Shown here: positions 27,522-32,000 of the stretch, one piece after another
Numbering within the stretch: the first letter of the stretch is position 1
How the letters are laid out: every line of letters starts with the position of its first letter
Assembly (NCBI RefSeq): GCF_001017655.1
Contig: NZ_CP010904.1
Location: 1,920,001 to 1,952,000 of the forward strand
Reading direction: 5' to 3'
Source: Kiritimatiella glycovorans
GTDB lineage: Bacteria; Verrucomicrobiota; Kiritimatiellia; Kiritimatiellales; Kiritimatiellaceae
Length of the DNA stretch: 32,000 bases
Notes under the pieces: model-generated
Told to the model about the DNA's origin: nothing
Databases searched by the model: none
Seen by the model: only the letters and a program-made list of their open reading frames with translations
Translations under genes and position numbers: made by a program

Positions 27522-27842
27522 ATGGCAGTGCATAAAGTGCGGTACGAACCATCGGGTACGGAGGTGCGGATCGATCCGGCCTCCGCGCCCTTCTCCGGAA
27601 CGGGCGAGCCGGGCAGTCTGCTCGATATCGCGCTGGCGAACGGCGTGGAAATGGAACACGGCTGCGGCGGCATGGGCGCGTGCGGGATGTGCGCGGTGAA
27701 GATCCTCGCAGGGGCCGAAAACCTGACCGCGCCGGATGAGGACGAACGCGATACGCTCAGGACCTTCGGCAAGGGCGGCGCTATGCGCCTGGCCTGTCAG
27801 GCGATCGTCAAAGGGGATGTCGAGGTACGGGTCCAAACGTGA
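27522..27842 (+). CDS. 2Fe-2S ferredoxin (Cx5Cx2C...C type)
   Basis: MAVHKV... 106 aa. HGCGGMGACGMCAV plus RLACQ gives four Cys in adrenodoxin/putidaredoxin-type spacing. GAAAGGGGGG RBS. The upstream part of the 361-aa track ORF overlaps the permease out of frame. Confidence 0.85.
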   Translation: MAVHKVRYEPSGTEVRIDPASAPFSGTGEPGSLLDIALANGVEMEHGCGGMGACGMCAVKILAGAENLTAPDEDERDTLRTFGKGGAMRLACQAIVKGDVEVRVQT

Positions 27843-27997
27843 CATGCCGTTGTCCTCAGATGCCATCGGCGGGATATCCCCCTGCATCCGATTCGGGAGC
27901 CTGAAAAGGGGTTGGAGGCCGGGTCGCCCTCGACCTCCGTGCCCGATGATTCGAAGCGCACTTTATACGTCGGCATGAGCCCCCCTTTTCGTCCGCC

Positions 27998-29653
27998 TCA
28001 GCCCAGGATCGCCTTCAGGTCTTCTTCGGGCGTCGAGATCGGCTTGAGACCGAACTTATCCCCCAGCACCTGCAGGACGTTCGGGCCCACAAAGGCCGGC
28101 AGACTCGGGCCGAGACGCATGTCGCGAATACCGAGGTGCAACAGGGTAAGCAGGATGCACACGGCCTTCTGCTCGTACCAGCTCAGGATCATCGAGAGCG
28201 GCAGATCATTGACGCCGCAGTCAAAGGCATCCGCCAGCGCCTGGGCGATCCGGATCGCCGAGTAGGCGTCGTTGCACTGTCCGCAGTCCAGGAGCCGCGG
28301 GATACCGCCGATATCGCCGAAGGACAGCTTGTTGAACCGGTACTTGCCGCAGGCCAGCGTGAGGATCACGCAGTCTTCGGGTACGCTCTTCGCCATTTCC
28401 GTGTAGTAGTTGCGGCCCGGCTTCGCGCCGTCGCAGCCGCCGATCAGGAAGAAGTGGCGGATCGCGCCGCTTTTCACCGCATCCACGACGGTTCCCGCGT
28501 TCTCCATCACGGCATTGCGGGCGAAACCGATCGTGATCTGATGATCTTCAGCGTCCTCCGCGAATCCCGGTGCATTCTGCGCGGCCTCAATGACCGGCGA
28601 GAAGTCCTTGCTCCCGTCTTCGTCTTCCGGGATGTGCGTCACTTCGGGCCAGGCCACCAGACCGGTGGTGAAAATGCGGTCCCTGTAACTGTGCTTCGGT
28701 TTCTGGATGCAGTTGGTGGTCATCAGGATCGCGCCCGGAAATTCGTCGAATTCCCTGCGCTGGTCCTGCCAGGCTCCACCGTAGTTGCCGACGAGGTGGT
28801 CGTATTTTTTCAGCTCCGGATACGCGAGGCACGGGAGCATCTCACCGTGGGTATAAACCTTGATGCCGGTGCCCTTCGTCTGCTCGAGCAGCATCCCGAG
28901 ATCCTTGAGATCGTGCCCCGACACGCAGATCGCCTTGCCCTCGACCGGCGTCACGCGCACCTGCGTCGGCTCGGGATGGCCGTACGCGCCGGTGTTCGCC
29001 TCGTCGAGCATCTCCATGACCCGGAGATTGACCTCGCCCACCTTCAGGACCATGCCGGTCAGCTCGTCGACATCGGACGGACGGCCGGCGAGGTAATCGA
29101 GCGCCCGGTGGAAGAAATCGTAGACTCCGTCCTCCTCGACTCCGAGCAGACGGGCGTGATCGGCGTAGGAGGCCATGCCCTTGAGCCCATAGGTAATCAA
29201 TTCCTGCAGTCCGGCCACGTCGTCGCCGAATTCATTGATCCGGTTCTGGATCGTCACCGACTCTCCCTGATCGATCATCCCGTCGATGTCATCGGCCGGT
29301 GTGGTATCCTGCGCCCGCTCGACGACCGCGGGATCGAGTGCACCGGCCGCCTCGCAGAGACCCCGCGCACGGTCACGGACTTCCGCCGCGCGACCGATCA
29401 CCGACGCGACGCGCCGGGGATCGAAGTTGACATTCGTGACGGTCGTAAACAGGGCTTCCAGAATAAAGCGGTCCACGTCTTCATCTTTTTCGCCTGCCTG
29501 CCGGGCGGCATGCGCGTAAACCGAGATGCTTTTGGCCATGTGGACAAGCAGGTCCTGAAGCGATGCGGTTTCAGGGTCCTTGCCGCACACGCCGTGGGCC
29601 GTGCATCCGCTGCCCTGGGCCGTCTGTTCGCACTGATAACAGAACATATTCAT
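27998..29653 (-). CDS. hcp: hybrid-cluster protein / hydroxylamine reductase
   Basis: MNMFCYQCEQTAQGSGCTAHGVCGK N-terminal Cys cluster. 551 aa. AAGGAGAA RBS. Confidence 0.95.
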   Translation of the reverse strand: MNMFCYQCEQTAQGSGCTAHGVCGKDPETASLQDLLVHMAKSISVYAHAARQAGEKDEDVDRFILEALFTTVTNVNFDPRRVASVIGRAAEVRDRARGLCEAAGALDPAVVERAQDTTPADDIDGMIDQGESVTIQNRINEFGDDVAGLQELITYGLKGMASYADHARLLGVEEDGVYDFFHRALDYLAGRPSDVDELTGMVLKVGEVNLRVMEMLDEANTGAYGHPEPTQVRVTPVEGKAICVSGHDLKDLGMLLEQTKGTGIKVYTHGEMLPCLAYPELKKYDHLVGNYGGAWQDQRREFDEFPGAILMTTNCIQKPKHSYRDRIFTTGLVAWPEVTHIPEDEDGSKDFSPVIEAAQNAPGFAEDAEDHQITIGFARNAVMENAGTVVDAVKSGAIRHFFLIGGCDGAKPGRNYYTEMAKSVPEDCVILTLACGKYRFNKLSFGDIGGIPRLLDCGQCNDAYSAIRIAQALADAFDCGVNDLPLSMILSWYEQKAVCILLTLLHLGIRDMRLGPSLPAFVGPNVLQVLGDKFGLKPISTPEEDLKAILG

Positions 29654-29691
29654 GGTCGTTCTCCTTGTGGTTTCGGGTTCCGTTTTCCAAC

Positions 29692-29805
29692 TCTGACTCT
29701 GATTCTTACTCTGATTCTGACTCTAATTCTGACTCTGATTCTGACTCTGACTCTGACTCTGATTCTGACTCAGATTATGACTCTGACTCAGATTCTGACT
29801 CAGAT
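29692..29805. repeat. hexanucleotide array, 19 tandem units of TCTGAY (variants tcttac, tctaat, tcagat, tatgac)
   Basis: Read directly. Units 15-19 are the last codons of rrf2 (ESESESES plus TAA at 29775-29777). Units 1-14 fill the rrf2-hcp spacer and end 38 nt upstream of the hcp ATG. Confidence 0.9.
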
Positions 29806-30230
29806 TCCTCTTCCTTCCCTTTCCATCCTTTCGCCAGGTCGCCGATGGTGGTCGTCCCGAAATACTCCCGGGCCTGGCGGTTGATGGAACTGACGAGATC
29901 GCCGAACAGGCATTCGTGCCGGTCGCAGACGGGGCGGCCGAACACGCAGGGGCCGCTCTCCAGTCTTCCCTCCATACTTTCATAAAGTTCGAGCAGGGTG
30001 AGTTCGGCGGGGTCCCGATCCAGCACGACTCCTCCGCGCGGACCGCGGTTGCTGCGAAGGATGCCGACCCGCACAAGCCGCTGGTGCACCTTTGCGAGAT
30101 GGTGCACCGAAACACCGAACGTGTCCGCGATCTCCTGCGTGCGCACGGGCCCCTGACCCCGCCGCGCGAGATAGAGCACGCTGTGCAGCGCCAGCGAGAC
30201 CGCCTCCGAAACCTTTATGATACCGCTCAT
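29775..30230 (-). CDS. Rrf2 family transcriptional regulator (three-Cys, probable Fe-S sensor)
   Basis: MSGIIKVSEAVSLALHSVLYLARRG wHTH start typical of Rrf2. Cys triad CVFGRPVCDRHEC. The ATG at 30228-30230 is preferred over the TTG at 30248 used by the track. Confidence 0.85.
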   Translation of the reverse strand: MSGIIKVSEAVSLALHSVLYLARRGQGPVRTQEIADTFGVSVHHLAKVHQRLVRVGILRSNRGPRGGVVLDRDPAELTLLELYESMEGRLESGPCVFGRPVCDRHECLFGDLVSSINRQAREYFGTTTIGDLAKGWKGKEEESESESESES

Positions 30231-30252
30231 GGTATTTTGGTACCGCAATACT

Positions 30253-30274
30253 GAATTCTACGCAAGTAGAATTC
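30253..30274. promoter_or_regulatory. perfect 9-4-9 palindrome GAATTCTAC-GCAA-GTAGAATTC upstream of rrf2 (candidate operator)
   Basis: Read directly. Lies 23-44 nt upstream of the rrf2 ATG. Each half contains TAGAAT, a good -10 hexamer. Followed on the plus strand by CGTTTTTTT. Confidence 0.5.
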
Positions 30275-30323
30275 CGTTTTTTTAGGTTACCCGCAGGATC
30301 GAAGCTCCGAAGGAGCGTAGACT

Positions 30324-30399
<76 letters not shown>

Positions 30400-30539
30400 G
30401 TTAAGTGGTTAGTTGTTGGTTATTAGTTTTTTATACAAAAAGGCATTTCGGCGCTGTTTTCGGCTTATGCCCCTGAGTTGTAACCCCATAATTTCTGTTC
30501 ATGACGACATAAAAGCGTGATGCAGATCGGCTCGATCGA

Positions 30540-30764
30540 GTGGGCGAATGCCTCTACCGCTCGCAAAAATCCGGCGTATATTACGCGATCATTAAGCGGG
30601 GTGGCAAACAAATCAGACGCTCGCGGCAGAGCCTGCCCCCCCTCAGTCGTCGGGTGGACTCTCATCCCCTGGCGGCCCTGCTGCGGCACGTGCGCGCAGA
30701 TCATCGTTACCGCAGTTTGTGTTGGGTCAGGGGTCTGACCTCCGCAGTACTCGTGACGAGATAG
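30540..30764 (+). pseudogene. possible remnant of a tyrosine-recombinase (phage integrase) N-terminus
   Basis: The frame reads ...CLYRSQKSGVYYAIIKRGGKQIRRS..., resembling the YR-x-SG-x-YY...GK-x-x-R-SL N-terminal arm region of many integrases. No catalytic domain follows. Lies in a lower-GC stretch next to a tRNA. The similarity is judged from memory only. Confidence 0.3.
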
Positions 30765-30972
30765 ATGGGGTGTATGGTCATTGCTTTCACAGGCTTAGAG
30801 GGTTAGTGTCGATACCGAAGCGGGCGGTTTTATAATGTCAGGGGGCTGATCCTCGCGATCCGTACGACCGCGGTTCGCGTCGGGATCTGTCGGCATCGTC
30901 TGCGGCTGCAAAACCGGCATGGGACATGGATCACGAAGGACCGCACAGCGACCCGAAACGGAGACGTACACG

Positions 30973-32000
30973 ATGCACGACCATGATACGTACCGAGAAG
31001 GGACGCTGTTCGCCGTGCTTGCAGTTGCGGGGGTCGCGGCGGCGCTGCTCCATGTCCACATTCCCCATACGGACGTTCTGATCGACGGGCGCTGGGCCTT
31101 CGGCTTCATCGGTTTTGCGCTGTTGCGCCGATGGCGGGCGGCGCTGGCGCTGGCGGCCTTGCTTTCCTATCCGTATGGAACCCCGGACATTCCGGTCTGG
31201 GTCGGTTTCGGCGGCAATATGCTCTATGCGGTTCCGGCACTGCTGACGATCCGGGCGCTGGCGGCCTGGATGCTGCGGCGCTGGGGGGCGGGGTGGCGGT
31301 TCGGACTGGGTTGGGTGGTCCTGGTGCTGTTCTGCTATCAGGTGTTTACGACACCCGCGGTCTGGGGGGTGGTCGCCATGGTCGAGGATCGTCCGGTTCC
31401 AGCGGGCATCCTCGATGGCTGGCGCACACAGCCGTTCTTGATCGAGTCGTTACTGGTGGCCCTTTTTTCGGCCGCGACCATGGTGGCGACGCTGGCGCTG
31501 GGACGACTGAACGCCGAACGACGGCGACTTGAAGACCTCACCAGGAGTTTGAGCGCCAGTGAACAAACCACACATGCTCTGCTGAACGCCACGGCCGATG
31601 CCGCGTTTCTTATCGACGACTCGGGGACGATTAAGGCTGCCAACGAGGAGATGGCCCGACGTCTCGGGCAGGACAGGCAGTCTATGATCGGAACGAACAT
31701 CTACAGCCTGCTGCCGCCGGAGACCGCCGCCCGCCGGAGGGAATGGGTCGAACGCGTCGTGCGCAGCGGACGTCCCCTGACGGAAGAGGATGAGCGCGCG
31801 GGGCGCGTGATGCACCACAGCCTGTACCCCGTGCTCGATGATGCCGGGGATGTGACGGCCGTAGCGGTTTTCGCACGCGACATCACCGAGCGCAGGCAGG
31901 CTGAAGCTGCGCTGCGCGCGAGCGAAGCACGGTTTCGAAGCTATGTCGAGCACTCCCCCTACGGCGTGTTCGTTGCTGACGGCCGGGGCCGATACGTCGA
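30973..32000 (+). CDS. membrane-bound PAS-domain sensor protein (probable histidine kinase), 5' part; continues off the right edge
   Basis: Frame 1 is open from 30850 to the window end, so it is not in the track (no stop). About 5 hydrophobic helices, then a coiled linker. PAS block TTHALLNATADAAFLIDDSGTIKAANEEMARRLG...VAVFARDITERRQAE, and the start of a second PAS (EARFRSYVEHSPYGVFVADGRGRYV). Alternative ATG at 30919. Confidence 0.8.
   Translation, partial: MHDHDTYREGTLFAVLAVAGVAAALLHVHIPHTDVLIDGRWAFGFIGFALLRRWRAALALAALLSYPYGTPDIPVWVGFGGNMLYAVPALLTIRALAAWMLRRWGAGWRFGLGWVVLVLFCYQVFTTPAVWGVVAMVEDRPVPAGILDGWRTQPFLIESLLVALFSAATMVATLALGRLNAERRRLEDLTRSLSASEQTTHALLNATADAAFLIDDSGTIKAANEEMARRLGQDRQSMIGTNIYSLLPPETAARRREWVERVVRSGRPLTEEDERAGRVMHHSLYPVLDDAGDVTAVAVFARDITERRQAEAALRASEARFRSYVEHSPYGVFVADGRGRYV

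Noticed and set aside
27900-27938. Intrinsic terminator for hcp (GGAGG-N15-CCTCC followed by AACCCCTTTT on the minus strand)
   Set aside because: There are only 5+3 paired bases, and the short T-run is displaced by 6 nt. It is plausible but too weak to list as a feature.
29692-29805. GANTC (CcrM/HinfI-type methylation site) array as the explanation for the hexamer repeats
   Set aside because: It holds for the TCTGAY arrays only. The GATTAC, GAGTAC and GAYTTC arrays contain no GANTC, and no methyltransferase is in the window. It is kept as a side note, not a claim.
29563-29985. 140-aa plus-strand ORF with a long SDSDSDSD run
   Set aside because: It is the TCTGAY array read on the opposite strand. 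It overlaps the hcp start and the rrf2 end and has no independent support.

Overview
GC-rich bacterial chromosomal segment (roughly 63-66% GC by eye), gene-dense. It holds 27 recognisable protein genes (2 cut by the window edges), one tRNA-Arg(CCT) and one possible integrase remnant. Coding content is mostly housekeeping or core. In order: SDR epimerase (fragment), ftsH, dus, phosphomannomutase, a DUF1573 protein, a GspE/PilB-type ATPase with FHA and TPR-LysM partners, and ogt. Next come a TonB-dependent receptor / YfiR(DUF4154) / CHASE8 hybrid histidine kinase module, pnp-rpsO, ilvC, M20 peptidase + GNAT, and lexA + Y-family polymerase. The window ends with lipoprotein-NfeD-SPFH, an APC permease fused to an EIIA(Ntr)-like domain, a 2Fe-2S ferredoxin, hcp with an Rrf2 regulator, and a membrane PAS sensor (fragment). 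DUF1573 and the style of the intergenic repeats suggest a PVC-superphylum-like organism, but that is inference only. I see no CRISPR array, no intact mobile element and no recognisable defence island. Many long ORFs in the track are antisense shadows of real genes, as expected in high-GC DNA. The most unusual signal is non-coding. One part is a family of hexanucleotide arrays that all fit GAN-TNY: TCTGAY at two gene 3' ends, plus GATTAC, GAGTAC and GAYTTC. The other part is several GC-rich multi-hairpin elements closed by short-tandem-repeat arms, concentrated at 19.7-20.0 kb and 22.0-22.7 kb. Two of the arrays have been read into by genes and supply (Glu-Ser)n C-terminal tails plus the stop codon. 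Other points worth a second look: a Cheo-type SOS box sitting exactly in the lexA promoter spacer, the APC-EIIA fusion, the receptor/YfiR/kinase module, and a perfect 9-4-9 palindrome upstream of rrf2-hcp. All functional calls rest on motifs read by eye. No database search was possible.
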